61,141 nt of DNA from Actinomycetota bacterium. Its GTDB lineage: Bacteria > Actinomycetota > Actinomycetes > Nanopelagicales > Nanopelagicaceae. The translations under genes and the position numbers were made by a program. Under the pieces are notes generated by a model that saw only the letters and a list, made by a program, of their open reading frames with translations, was not told where the DNA came from and ran no database searches. How positions within the stretch are numbered: the stretch's first letter is position 1; the number at the start of each line of letters is the position of its first letter. Positions 1-9,261 of the stretch are shown here, in pieces. The stretch is from positions 1 through 61,141 of the forward strand of contig SYCR01000039.1 in the NCBI GenBank assembly GCA_005786885.1. The letters are read 5' to 3'.

Positions 1-2
1 TG

Positions 3-575
3 GTGGATCTAGATGCTGCTTTTGGTATTGGAAGTAATGCCGAGATTCTTGCTGAAGTAGTTGGCGCGCTAGATGTCAAAGTGGAACTCTCTGGTGGAAT
101 TCGAGACAACGAATCTCTTGAGCGCGCGTTAGCCACCGGATGCGCTCGAATCAATCTAGGAACTGCGGCATTAGAAAATCCTGATTGGACCGCACAAGTT
201 ATTGCTAAGCATGGAGAAAAAATTGCTGTAGGACTAGATGTTCGTGGCCACACTTTGGCTGCGCGTGGTTGGACTACTGAAGGCGGAAATCTTTTTGAAA
301 CGATTGAGAGATTAGACCGTGATGGATGCGCACGTTATGTATTAACAGATGTCGCAAAAGATGGAACTTTGATGGGTCCAAATATTAATTTATTAAAAGA
401 AGTTGCCGCAGCAACCAATCGTCCAATTATTGCAAGCGGTGGAGTTTCATCATTAGGTGATCTGGAATCACTTCGAGAGTTAACTGCAATGGGAGTCGAA
501 GGTGCAATTGTTGGGAAAGCTCTTTATGCGGGTGCATTTACTTTAAGTGAAGCGTTAGCGAAAGTAAGTAAATAG
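3..575 (+). CDS. hisA: HisA/PriA-type phosphoribosyl isomerase (ProFAR isomerase; 5' end cut by window edge)
   Basis: The ORF is open to the window edge. It carries (beta-alpha)8 HisA motifs [18 protein letters not shown] and VGKALYAG. Its stop overlaps the hisF GTG. No trpF is present in the neighbouring trp cluster, as in PriA-using Actinobacteria. Confidence 0.85.
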   Translation: MDLDAAFGIGSNAEILAEVVGALDVKVELSGGIRDNESLERALATGCARINLGTAALENPDWTAQVIAKHGEKIAVGLDVRGHTLAARGWTTEGGNLFETIERLDRDGCARYVLTDVAKDGTLMGPNINLLKEVAAATNRPIIASGGVSSLGDLESLRELTAMGVEGAIVGKALYAGAFTLSEALAKVSK

Positions 576-1333
576 TGAATCCCTCTATACGAATAATTCC
601 GTGTTTAGATGTAACGGAAGGCAGAGTTGTAAAGGGTATTAATTTTACAAATCTGCAAGATGCAGGTGATCCAGTTGAGATGGCTAGAGTTTATGGCCTC
701 GAAGGTGCAGATGAATTAACTTTCCTGGATGTCAGCGCTAGCACAGGAAATCGTCAGACTACATATGATGTTGTTAGCAGCACCGCTGAACAAGTTTTTA
801 TCCCTTTAACTGTCGGTGGAGGAGTACGAACAGTTGCTGATGTTGATAAATTACTAAGGGCTGGCGCAGACAAGATTTCAGTAAACACCGCAGCAATTCA
901 AAGGCCTGAGTTGCTGAGCGAGATCACACATCAATTTGGAGCCCAAGTTCTAGTTTTGTCTGTCGATGCCAGACGTGGCGCAACTTCAAGTGCTTTTGAA
1001 CTTACAACTCATGGAGGAACGCAAGGTACTGGAATTGATGCAATTGAATGGGTGAAGAAAGCTTGTGATTTGGGTGTTGGAGAAATTTTGCTTAATTCGA
1101 TGGATGCTGATGGCACGCGGGCAGGGTATGACCTAGAGATGATTCAAGTAATGCGTCCCCATATTTCGACCCCCTTGATTGCTAGTGGCGGTGCGGGTGC
1201 GCTTGAGGATTTTGCTCGAGCCATCGATGCAGGAGCGGATGCACTTCTGGCGGCTAGTGTTTTTCATTTTGGGGTCTATCGGATTTCGCAAGTTAAAGAT
1301 TTCTTACGCTCCGCTGGATACCTGATTCGCTGA
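575..1333 (+). CDS. hisF: imidazole glycerol phosphate synthase cyclase subunit HisF
   Basis: 252 aa with HisF hallmarks [23 protein letters not shown] and IASGGAG. It lies in his gene context. Confidence 0.95.
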   Translation: MNPSIRIIPCLDVTEGRVVKGINFTNLQDAGDPVEMARVYGLEGADELTFLDVSASTGNRQTTYDVVSSTAEQVFIPLTVGGGVRTVADVDKLLRAGADKISVNTAAIQRPELLSEITHQFGAQVLVLSVDARRGATSSAFELTTHGGTQGTGIDAIEWVKKACDLGVGEILLNSMDADGTRAGYDLEMIQVMRPHISTPLIASGGAGALEDFARAIDAGADALLAASVFHFGVYRISQVKDFLRSAGYLIR

Positions 1334-1376
1334 ACGGCAAATGCACGATTGGCCATAAATAGGGGAGAATAGCCGG

Positions 1377-1709
1377 ATGAATATTTCCGCTGATCTAGCG
1401 AATTTACTTGACCGCGAAAATGGCCTTGTGGCTGTAGTGGTCCAAGAAGATGAAAGCAATGAAGTTTTAATGCTTGCGTGGATGAACCGTCAAGCACTTG
1501 AACAGAGCTTGGAAAGCCATCAAGCTACTTACTGGAGTAGAAGTAGAAATGAACTGTGGGTTAAAGGTGCAACATCTGGAAATACTCAAGAGGTAGTTTC
1601 TGCATCATTAGATTGTGACGGCGACGCCATTTTACTTCGTGTGAATCAAAAGGGCGGCGCATGTCATACCGGTTCGCACTCATGCTTCTCAAACGAGATT
1701 GAGATTTGA
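1377..1709 (+). CDS. hisI: phosphoribosyl-AMP cyclohydrolase HisI
   Basis: 110 aa with motifs MLAWMN..YWSRSR..LW.KG..SG and C.GD...L.V...G.ACHTG..SCF. Its stop overlaps the trpE start. Confidence 0.9.
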   Translation: MNISADLANLLDRENGLVAVVVQEDESNEVLMLAWMNRQALEQSLESHQATYWSRSRNELWVKGATSGNTQEVVSASLDCDGDAILLRVNQKGGACHTGSHSCFSNEIEI

Positions 1710-3193
1710 TTATGAATTTAGAAGAGTTTCGCGAATTAGCCAAAAATTTTAATGTTATTCCGGTAACGCGCAAACTTTTGGCAGATGGTGAAACAGCATT
1801 ATCTTTGTATCGAAAATTGGCACAAGAGCGCCCCGGAACTTTTTTACTTGAATCTGCTGAGAATGGAAAAATTTGGTCAAGGTATTCATTTATCGGAGTA
1901 AACAGCCACGCAACACTAACTGAGGAAAATGGATTATCAGTTTGGAAAGGAACAAAACCTGCAGGCGCACCAGAAGGTATAGATCCACTTGAAGCATTAA
2001 GAATAACAACTTCTCATTTAACAAGCGCTGAGGTTTCCGGATTACCTCCTTTGACGAGCGGATTGGTTGGTTACCTTGGTTATGACGCAGTAAGAAGAAT
2101 GGAGAAGCTGCCAAATTTAGCCAAAGATGACTTACATCTTCCAGAGATGGCTTTTCAATTGATTTCAGATTTAGCGGTGTTTGATCATTCCGAAGGAACC
2201 GTTTTACTTGTTGCAAATGCCATAAATTGGGATGGAAGCAGCGAGCGAGTAGATCAAGCTTGGGAAAATGCAATTGAGCGCATTGAGAAAATGCATAAAG
2301 ATTTATTGGCTCCTTTGTCTGGACAAATTGATACCGTCGGCGAAAAAAGTAAAGCTGATTTTGTTCGAGCGACTTCATCAGCAGATTTCAGAAAAAATGT
2401 TGAATTAATAAAAGAAGAGATTAGATCTGGCGAGGCATTTCAAGTTGTACTTTCGCAACGTTTTTCTACCCCTTGTGAAGCGAGTTCAATCGATGTATAT
2501 CGAATGTTGCGCTTACACAATCCAAGTCCCTACATGTATCTGATCAGATTTCATGACGGCGTAGACATAGTCGGTTCTAGTCCAGAAGCGTTGATAAAAA
2601 TCTCAGATCGCAAAGCCATGATTCACCCAATTGCCGGCACACGGCACAGAGGAATAAATGCAGAAGAAGATATTGAAATAGGCAATGAGTTGATCGCGGA
2701 TCCAAAAGAACGCGCCGAACATTTAATGCTGGTCGATTTAGGACGTAATGATTTAGGTCGCGTTTGCAAAGCGGGTTCAGTGGAAGTAATCGAATTTATG
2801 AATGTTGAGCGGTACTCACATGTAATGCACATCGTTTCAACCGTCACAGGTGAACTCAATAATGAGATTTCAGTAGTTGATGCACTGGCAGCGGTGTTCC
2901 CAGCAGGAACTTTGTCTGGGGCTCCAAAACCTCGCGCTATGGAGATCATCGAAAAGTTAGAGCCGACAAGACGTGGGTTGTATGGCGGATGTATCGGTTA
3001 CTTCGACTTCAGCGGCAACTTAGATACCGCAATTGCAATCCGGACCGCACTTATCAGAGATGGCATTGCATACGTCCAAGCAGGAGCTGGAATCGTTGCA
3101 GATTCAATTCCTGAGAATGAAGATGATGAGTGCTCAAACAAAGCCGCTGCGGTTCTGGGAGCGATCGCCTCGGCGAAGAATTTAGTGAAATAA
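1706..3193 (+). CDS. trpE: anthranilate synthase component I
   Basis: 495 aa with TrpE/chorismate-binding motifs [40 protein letters not shown] and GGCIGY. Confidence 0.95.
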   Translation: MIMNLEEFRELAKNFNVIPVTRKLLADGETALSLYRKLAQERPGTFLLESAENGKIWSRYSFIGVNSHATLTEENGLSVWKGTKPAGAPEGIDPLEALRITTSHLTSAEVSGLPPLTSGLVGYLGYDAVRRMEKLPNLAKDDLHLPEMAFQLISDLAVFDHSEGTVLLVANAINWDGSSERVDQAWENAIERIEKMHKDLLAPLSGQIDTVGEKSKADFVRATSSADFRKNVELIKEEIRSGEAFQVVLSQRFSTPCEASSIDVYRMLRLHNPSPYMYLIRFHDGVDIVGSSPEALIKISDRKAMIHPIAGTRHRGINAEEDIEIGNELIADPKERAEHLMLVDLGRNDLGRVCKAGSVEVIEFMNVERYSHVMHIVSTVTGELNNEISVVDALAAVFPAGTLSGAPKPRAMEIIEKLEPTRRGLYGGCIGYFDFSGNLDTAIAIRTALIRDGIAYVQAGAGIVADSIPENEDDECSNKAAAVLGAIASAKNLVK

Positions 3194-3194
3194 A

Positions 3195-3335
3195 TTGAAA
3201 TATATTGCATTGGTTTTCAAAGGCATTTTTAGAGTCTTACGGAAAAGTGGTTCAAAAAAGCTTCCGGCTAAATACGAGCGTTCAGTCCAAGATCCTTGGC
3301 GTGCTTTGGACAAAGGAGTGGATCCAACCCTCTAG
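3195..3335 (+). pseudogene. short ORF (about 46 codons from TTG), possibly a relic or miniaturised form of the actinobacterial Trp-operon-associated membrane protein
   Basis: My hand translation of the trpE-trpC spacer gives ..LPAKYERSVQDPWRALDKGVDPTL*. This tail resembles the conserved C-terminal D.W.ALD.G.DPT motif I recall for the trp-operon membrane protein family, which occupies this position in other Actinobacteria. The multi-TM body is missing and the frame is closed upstream by a TGA at 3186-3188. Confidence 0.3.
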
Positions 3336-3386
3336 AATTGCGCTATATCAGTAGCCAGTAATTAATCACCGAGTAGGAGAGTCAAA

Positions 3387-3584
3387 ATGGACAACAATCA
3401 CGGTCATACAGTCGCTGCTTGGGTGACAACTATTTTGGCTATCTCAGGATCAACAGTTGCAAGTGTGGCTTTTGTAATAGCAAATGTGAACGTTGCAATT
3501 TTTGGAATTGCAGTCACGGTGCTGGCCCCGTTTGTTGGTTTAGTTCTACGTCAACTGGGATATGGCCAGAAAGCTAAACGGTAA
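3387..3584 (+). CDS. small two-TM membrane protein, HGxxPAAW-like family
   Basis: 65 aa with an N-terminal HGHTVAAW motif, two hydrophobic helices and a basic tail. An SD-like AGGAG lies upstream. This is the usual position between trpE and trpC in Actinobacteria. Confidence 0.6.
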   Translation: MDNNHGHTVAAWVTTILAISGSTVASVAFVIANVNVAIFGIAVTVLAPFVGLVLRQLGYGQKAKR

Positions 3585-4392
3585 AATTTTGAACGTACTA
3601 GATCAAATAATTGAAGGCGTACAAGAAGATTTAGCAGAACGTAAAAAGCGAGTTGGCTTAAATGAATTAATGGTCAAAATTTCTTCAGTAAATCCCGCTA
3701 TTAATGTACTTCCTTCACTTCAAAGTTCAAAGTTATCGGTTATTGCTGAAGTAAAAAGATCATCACCAAGCAAGGGAGCGCTTGCAAAGATTTCAGACCC
3801 TGCAGAGTTAGCTCTTCGCTACCAAGCGGGAGGAGCTACAGCAGTTAGTGTCTTGACCGAGGGGCGGAAATTTGGCGGTTCACTTGCGGATCTAGATGCA
3901 GTTAGATCAGCCATTAATATCCCAATCTTACGTAAAGATTTTATGGTCGATGATTATCAAATTTTTGAATCCAGAGCTCATGGAGCAGATATTGTTTTGC
4001 TAATAGTTGCAGCATTGTCTGATCTGCAACTCAGCGAGTTCTATGCAATAGCAAAATCTCTTGGCATGCAGGTCTTAGTCGAAACTCATACTCTGGAAGA
4101 AGTTGAACGAGCGCTATCGCTAGATCCAGAAATTATCGGCGTAAATGCACGCGATTTAACTACATTAAAAATTGACTTAGGGGCCTTTGATAAATTAGCT
4201 AAGTCGATACCGGCCGGAAAAATTAAAGTAGCCGAATCTGGAATTAGCTCGGTGGCTGAAGTCATCTCTTATCGAAATAGCGGCGCCGAGGCGATACTGG
4301 TGGGAGAGGCGCTGGTGAAAGATGGAGACCCAGCCCAGATGATCCAGAACTTTATAAATCGCGCCGATACCCCGGATATCTCTAAGGTATAG
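3562..4392 (+). CDS. trpC: indole-3-glycerol phosphate synthase
   Basis: Motifs [24 protein letters not shown] and ESGI. The start is uncertain: the ATG at 3562 overlaps the upstream ORF, and the TTG at 3589 (MNVLDQII..) would give the canonical N-terminus. Confidence 0.9.
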   Translation: MARKLNGKILNVLDQIIEGVQEDLAERKKRVGLNELMVKISSVNPAINVLPSLQSSKLSVIAEVKRSSPSKGALAKISDPAELALRYQAGGATAVSVLTEGRKFGGSLADLDAVRSAINIPILRKDFMVDDYQIFESRAHGADIVLLIVAALSDLQLSEFYAIAKSLGMQVLVETHTLEEVERALSLDPEIIGVNARDLTTLKIDLGAFDKLAKSIPAGKIKVAESGISSVAEVISYRNSGAEAILVGEALVKDGDPAQMIQNFINRADTPDISKV

Positions 4393-4394
4393 CC

Positions 4395-5621
4395 ATGAGC
4401 ACCACAGCCGAAACCTCAAGTTCAACCAATTTATCCGGCTTTCCGCTGGGTCACTTTGGAGAGTACGGCGGCCGTTTTGTGCCGGAGGCATTAGTGGCAG
4501 CATTAGATGAACTTGCCCAGATGCATGCGCAAACTCAAGCTGACCCAACATTTATTGCAGAGTTGGATGAACTTCACCGTACATATTCAGGTAGGCCAAG
4601 CATCATCACGGAAGCAAAAAGATTCGCTTGCTATGCCGGCGGGGCAAGAATTATTTTAAAAAGAGAAGATTTAAATCACACCGGTTCACACAAGATAAAC
4701 AATGTTTTAGGTCAGGCTCTTTTAACTAAAAGAATGGGCAAGAGTCGGGTCATTGCAGAAACTGGTGCCGGACAACATGGCGTTGCATCTGCAACTGCCG
4801 CGGCACTCATGGGACTTGAATGCGTTGTTTACATGGGTGAAGAAGACACCAAGCGTCAAGCTTTAAATGTTGCCCGAATGAAATTACTTGGGGCACAAGT
4901 TGTTCCGGTAACTTCAGGTTCGCGCACCCTAAAAGATGCGATAAATGAAGCAATGCGCGATTGGGTAACAAACGTTGTCGACACTCATTACATTTTAGGA
5001 ACGGTGGCAGGACCACATCCATTTCCAACCATGGTTCGTGATTTCCACCGAATTATTGGCGATGAAGCCAGAGCTCAAGTTCTTGAATTAACTGGGAAAC
5101 TTCCAGATGCCGTTCTTGCTTGTGTTGGTGGCGGCTCTAATGCAATTGGAATTTTTTATCCGTTCATCGAAGATGTATCTGTCAGGTTAATTGGACTCGA
5201 GGCTGGCGGTGACGGAATTGAAACCGGACGCCATGCGAGTGCGATTACTGGCGGAAGGCCTGGAGTTTTGCATGGTGCGCGTTCTTACATGCTTCAAGAC
5301 AAAGATGGACAAACTCGTGAGTCACATTCAATTTCGGCAGGACTTGATTATCCCGGCGTAGGTCCGGAGCATGCATACCTACATGACATTGGGAGAGCAG
5401 AGTATCGACCAATCACCGACAAAGAAGCTATGGAAGCGTTCTCGCTTCTTTCTCGAACTGAGGGAATCATTCCAGCGATTGAAACCGCACATGCTTTAGC
5501 GGGTGCAATGAAAGTTGGTAATGAGTTAGGTCCAACAGCAACTTTGCTAATAAATCTAAGTGGTCGTGGCGATAAAGATGTTGAGACTGCGGCTAATTAC
5601 TTTGAGAATCTGAAGATTTAA
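4395..5621 (+). CDS. trpB: tryptophan synthase beta chain
   Basis: 408 aa with [11 protein letters not shown] (PLP lysine), GAGQHGVA and GGGSNA motifs. Confidence 0.97.
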   Translation: MSTTAETSSSTNLSGFPLGHFGEYGGRFVPEALVAALDELAQMHAQTQADPTFIAELDELHRTYSGRPSIITEAKRFACYAGGARIILKREDLNHTGSHKINNVLGQALLTKRMGKSRVIAETGAGQHGVASATAAALMGLECVVYMGEEDTKRQALNVARMKLLGAQVVPVTSGSRTLKDAINEAMRDWVTNVVDTHYILGTVAGPHPFPTMVRDFHRIIGDEARAQVLELTGKLPDAVLACVGGGSNAIGIFYPFIEDVSVRLIGLEAGGDGIETGRHASAITGGRPGVLHGARSYMLQDKDGQTRESHSISAGLDYPGVGPEHAYLHDIGRAEYRPITDKEAMEAFSLLSRTEGIIPAIETAHALAGAMKVGNELGPTATLLINLSGRGDKDVETAANYFENLKI

Positions 5622-6421
5622 TGAGCCATTTATCTCAAAGGCTCGCGCAGTTAAAAAGTGAAAATAGAGCCGCATTTATTGCCTATCTTCCAGCCGGGTT
5701 TCCAACCTTAGAAAAAAGCAAAGCGGCAATAGAAGTTTTAGTTAACAATGGCGCTGACATAATCGAAATTGGCTTTCCTTATAGCGACCCGATTATGGAC
5801 GGCCCAATTATTCAAGAGGCAGCAGATACTGCGCTAGCAAATGGAGCAGGTGCTAAAGAAGTTTTAGAAATTTTGGAATTTACAACTAATCTAAATGTTC
5901 CGGCAGTTGTCATGACTTACTGGAATCCGATCGAGCAATATGGGATTGCCAAATTTGCGGATGCAATTAAATCTGCCAATGGCTCTGGTGTGATTACGCC
6001 TGATCTTTCACTTGAAGAAGCAAAGCCTTGGATTGATGAAAGCAATCGTGCAGGTATCGATAATATTTTCGTAGCCGCGCCAAGCTCTCTGCCTGAGCGC
6101 CTAAATCATGTTTCATCAGCATGTTCTGGATTTGTTTATGCAGCAAGTTTGATGGGCGTCACTGGAACCAGAACTAGCGTCTCTTCATCGGCAAAGGATT
6201 TAGTTTCACGGATTCGCGAATCCGTGAAAACTCCGGTGTGCGTCGGTCTGGGAGTCTCAACACCTGAGCACGCAAAAGAAGTTGCGTCCTATGCAGATGG
6301 CGTCATAGTTGGATCTGCATTAATCAAAGTTTTACTTGAGCAACCAGATTTTGAAACTGGTTTAAAAGAGTTGGCGGTTTTGACTAAAAGTTTAGCTGAG
6401 GGAATAAGACAAGCACGATGA
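5621..6421 (+). CDS. trpA: tryptophan synthase alpha chain
   Basis: 266 aa with IEIGFPYSDP.MDGP and GVTG motifs. ATGA-type overlap with trpB. Confidence 0.95.
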   Translation: MSHLSQRLAQLKSENRAAFIAYLPAGFPTLEKSKAAIEVLVNNGADIIEIGFPYSDPIMDGPIIQEAADTALANGAGAKEVLEILEFTTNLNVPAVVMTYWNPIEQYGIAKFADAIKSANGSGVITPDLSLEEAKPWIDESNRAGIDNIFVAAPSSLPERLNHVSSACSGFVYAASLMGVTGTRTSVSSSAKDLVSRIRESVKTPVCVGLGVSTPEHAKEVASYADGVIVGSALIKVLLEQPDFETGLKELAVLTKSLAEGIRQAR

Positions 6422-6894
6422 AATTACCGGAATTCTTGACAGAAACTCGACTTAATTGGTTTGGATTATTTGCCCGATTAACTCTTGGCGGTGTCATATT
6501 TGTTGCAGGTGCGTTAAAAGTCACGACCCCTTATAAAGCAGCCGCAGCTATGCGAGCATATGAGTTATTGCCAATTAGCATTGCAAATGTATTTGGTGTT
6601 GCTCTTCCATGGTTTGAAGTTGGTTTAGGAGCATTGTTAATTTTAGGAGTAGTAACTCGTCTCTCAGCATTTTTTGCAGGATCTCTAATGATTTTGTTTA
6701 TTCTGGCAATCTCTTCAGCGTGGGCTCGTGGTTTATCCATTGATTGCGGCTGCTTTGGCGGGGGCGGACAGGTCGAGCCCGGAGAAACCAAGTATTTGCA
6801 AGAGATAATACGCGATTTCGGACTAGCACTTTTAGGGGCTTATTTATATTGGCGACCACATACAAAGTGGGCTTTAGAGCCGGGGTCAAGGTAG
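6418..6894 (+). CDS. MauE/DoxX-family integral membrane protein with a CGC thiol motif
   Basis: 158 aa and four predicted TM helices, with an SIDCGCFGGG motif typical of MauE-like proteins. The start ATG overlaps the trpA stop (ATGA). Confidence 0.7.
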   Translation: MKLPEFLTETRLNWFGLFARLTLGGVIFVAGALKVTTPYKAAAAMRAYELLPISIANVFGVALPWFEVGLGALLILGVVTRLSAFFAGSLMILFILAISSAWARGLSIDCGCFGGGGQVEPGETKYLQEIIRDFGLALLGAYLYWRPHTKWALEPGSR

Positions 6895-6897
6895 TAT

Positions 6898-7587
6898 TTG
6901 AGAATGGTTAATAACAAAGGCAAATCTTCAGGTGATCCAATTACACGCTGGTTAGTTATTGGAATGGTTGCGTTAGTTGTTGTCGTAGGAGCAGGTATTT
7001 CTATTTTTAATAATACGAGCAAGAAAACTGCGGTACTTCCAAATGCAGCTTCAGTAAAAGATGGTTATGGAATAGTTTTTAATGCCGATCTGACACCTGT
7101 AATTGACATCTGGGAAGATTTCCAATGCCCAAGTTGTAAAGTCTTTGAACAAACAAACGGTGATGCCATAAAAGCCTTGATAGTAGAAAAGAAAGCAAAA
7201 GTGGTTTTTCATCCACTTTCTTTCTTGGGACCAGAATCGGTTTTTGCAGCAAACGGCGCAGCTTGTGCGGCAGACCAAGAGAAATACCTTCAGTACAACT
7301 CTTTCATGTACGCAAACCAAGCAACTGAAAATTCTGGTGCTTGGAGTAACGAAGGCATAATCGCGACTGCGGCCGCAGCAGGCATAACAGGAGCCGAATT
7401 TGAAGCGTGTGTTAAGACCGGAAAATACTCTGACTGGGTCGTAAATGTTGGCAGTGAGGGTTCAAAGCAAAACGTCAATTCGACTCCAACTGTTCTCATT
7501 AATGGAAAAGAGATTGATCGAAAAACTGGTGCTTATTACTCTGCTCCAGAATTTATGAAGTTATTAGTTGCAGCTGGGATAAAGTAA
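6898..7587 (+). CDS. membrane-anchored DsbA-family thiol:disulfide oxidoreductase
   Basis: N-terminal TM anchor followed by a thioredoxin fold with a FQCPSCK (CxxC) active site and a cis-Pro-type STPTVLING motif. The likely start is the ATG at 6904 rather than the TTG at 6898. Confidence 0.75.
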   Translation: MRMVNNKGKSSGDPITRWLVIGMVALVVVVGAGISIFNNTSKKTAVLPNAASVKDGYGIVFNADLTPVIDIWEDFQCPSCKVFEQTNGDAIKALIVEKKAKVVFHPLSFLGPESVFAANGAACAADQEKYLQYNSFMYANQATENSGAWSNEGIIATAAAAGITGAEFEACVKTGKYSDWVVNVGSEGSKQNVNSTPTVLINGKEIDRKTGAYYSAPEFMKLLVAAGIK

Positions 7588-7594
7588 AAATTTC

Positions 7595-8413
7595 GTGATT
7601 AATTGGGCTGCGATTCCTTCGCCCACTTTATCTGCGATAAATTTTGGCCCACTCACTTTTCATTTTTATGCTCTTTGCATCATCATCGGGATAGTGGTTG
7701 CGGTTCGAGTTGGAGATAAAAGATTTGTGAACCGTGGTGGAGACCTTGGTGATGTTGCAACAATTGCTTTTTGGTCGGTTCCTGCTGGAATTATTGGCGG
7801 CCGGATTTATCATGTTTTAACTTCTTGGGGGAGTTTTTCTTCACCTTTAGATGCGATCGCAATTTGGCGTGGTGGGTTAGGAATCTGGGGAGCTATCTCA
7901 CTTGGCACCCTGGGTGCTTGGTTTGGATATAAATGGCTTTTACAAAGCAAACCACAACTTCCAACTTTTGGTATTTTCCTGGATGCACTGGCGCCCGGCG
8001 TCCTACTTGCACAAGCAGTTGGGCGATGGGGAAATTGGTTTAATGTGGAACTTTTTGGAAAACCATTAAGCGCTCCCTGGGCTTTAGAAGTTCCATTCGC
8101 TAGTCGACCAAATGGATTTGAATCATTTACAACATTCCACCCAACTTTTTTGTATGAATCTATTTGGTGTGTAGTTGTAGCCGTGCTCTTAATTAAGGCT
8201 GACAAAGCTGGATTTTTTGCCAGAACAAAAGCTGGCACTTTATTTATCGCTTACATCTCTCTGTACACCCTGGGACGAGGCTTAATCGAAATATTAAGGA
8301 TTGATTCCAGTTCACAGATATTAGGAATGCGTTTGAATTTCTGGACCTCACTTTTAATTTTTCTAGCCTCGACCGCGTGGTTTCTACTGCGAAAAGTAGG
8401 ACAAAAGAGATAA
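7595..8413 (+). CDS. lgt: prolipoprotein diacylglyceryl transferase
   Basis: 272 aa, polytopic, with Lgt motifs GGRIYH and GRWGNWFN.E..G. It follows the trp cluster, as is conserved in Actinobacteria. Confidence 0.9.
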   Translation: MINWAAIPSPTLSAINFGPLTFHFYALCIIIGIVVAVRVGDKRFVNRGGDLGDVATIAFWSVPAGIIGGRIYHVLTSWGSFSSPLDAIAIWRGGLGIWGAISLGTLGAWFGYKWLLQSKPQLPTFGIFLDALAPGVLLAQAVGRWGNWFNVELFGKPLSAPWALEVPFASRPNGFESFTTFHPTFLYESIWCVVVAVLLIKADKAGFFARTKAGTLFIAYISLYTLGRGLIEILRIDSSSQILGMRLNFWTSLLIFLASTAWFLLRKVGQKR

Positions 8414-8422
8414 CCTAGCCGT

Positions 8423-9133
8423 ATGCCACTCCAAGAGGTTTACGCTAGAAATTTAGAGCACCGCACTCACCGTTCAGGATGGTTGCGTGCTGCGGTTCTT
8501 GGCGTAAATGATGGCTTAGTTTCAACTGCCAGTTTGATGATTGGTGTAGCTGCTGCACAAGCTGGAACAAATGCAATTGTGATTGCAGGTTTTGCCGGAA
8601 TCGCAGCAGGTGCGATGTCAATGGCCGCGGGCGAATATGTCTCGGTTAGATCGCAAACAGATATTGAAGATGTTGACCGCAAAATTGAAGCTGATCATTT
8701 AGCGCTAGATCCCGAAGGTGAACTTGAGGAGTTAGCCGAAATTTATGTAGCGCGTGGATTATCAAAAGAGTTAGCTTTGCAAGTTGCCAAAAAGATGCAT
8801 GATCATGATGCGCTAGCTGCACATTTACGAGATGAACTTGGCCAACATCACAGCACTAGGGCACGCCCTACTCAAGCAGCTTTGGCTTCAGCGGCAGCGT
8901 TTACTTTAGGTGGCCTCATCCCGATGATTGGGATGTTTGCTCCAACTCCTTCCGGGCGAACCACAACTATTGTGGCGATCACGTTGTTTGGACTTGTTGT
9001 GGCCGGAATTGTTGGGGCAAAAATTGCTGGAACTGGGCCTTTGCGTCCAACAGTGCGGATTCTGATCGGGGGATCTCTCGCAATGGCGGTTACCGCTGGA
9101 ATTGGCCAATTAGTACATTTAACCATCTTGTAA
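8423..9133 (+). CDS. VIT1/CCC1-family iron/manganese transporter
   Basis: 236 aa with motifs LRAAVLGVNDGLVSTASLMIGVA and MAAGEYVSVRSQ, plus C-terminal TM helices. Confidence 0.8.
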   Translation: MPLQEVYARNLEHRTHRSGWLRAAVLGVNDGLVSTASLMIGVAAAQAGTNAIVIAGFAGIAAGAMSMAAGEYVSVRSQTDIEDVDRKIEADHLALDPEGELEELAEIYVARGLSKELALQVAKKMHDHDALAAHLRDELGQHHSTRARPTQAALASAAAFTLGGLIPMIGMFAPTPSGRTTTIVAITLFGLVVAGIVGAKIAGTGPLRPTVRILIGGSLAMAVTAGIGQLVHLTIL

Positions 9134-9261
9134 GGTTCTGGAAATCGCAGGCTCGAAATTTTTCGGCTATGATTTTACTCAGGGCCAGCGCTGTCCCGCT
9201 TCGGAAGTGATTGTTTAAAACTCACAGAACCAAGTGAATCCAAGGGATAGGCGCAAACTTA

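Noticed and set aside
9134-9261. GlnR-type box (gTnAc-N6-GaAAc) upstream of gltB
   Set aside because: Only degenerate half-matches are present (GTAAG-N6-GAAAT and TTAAA-N6-AGAAC). These are too weak to call without a position weight matrix.
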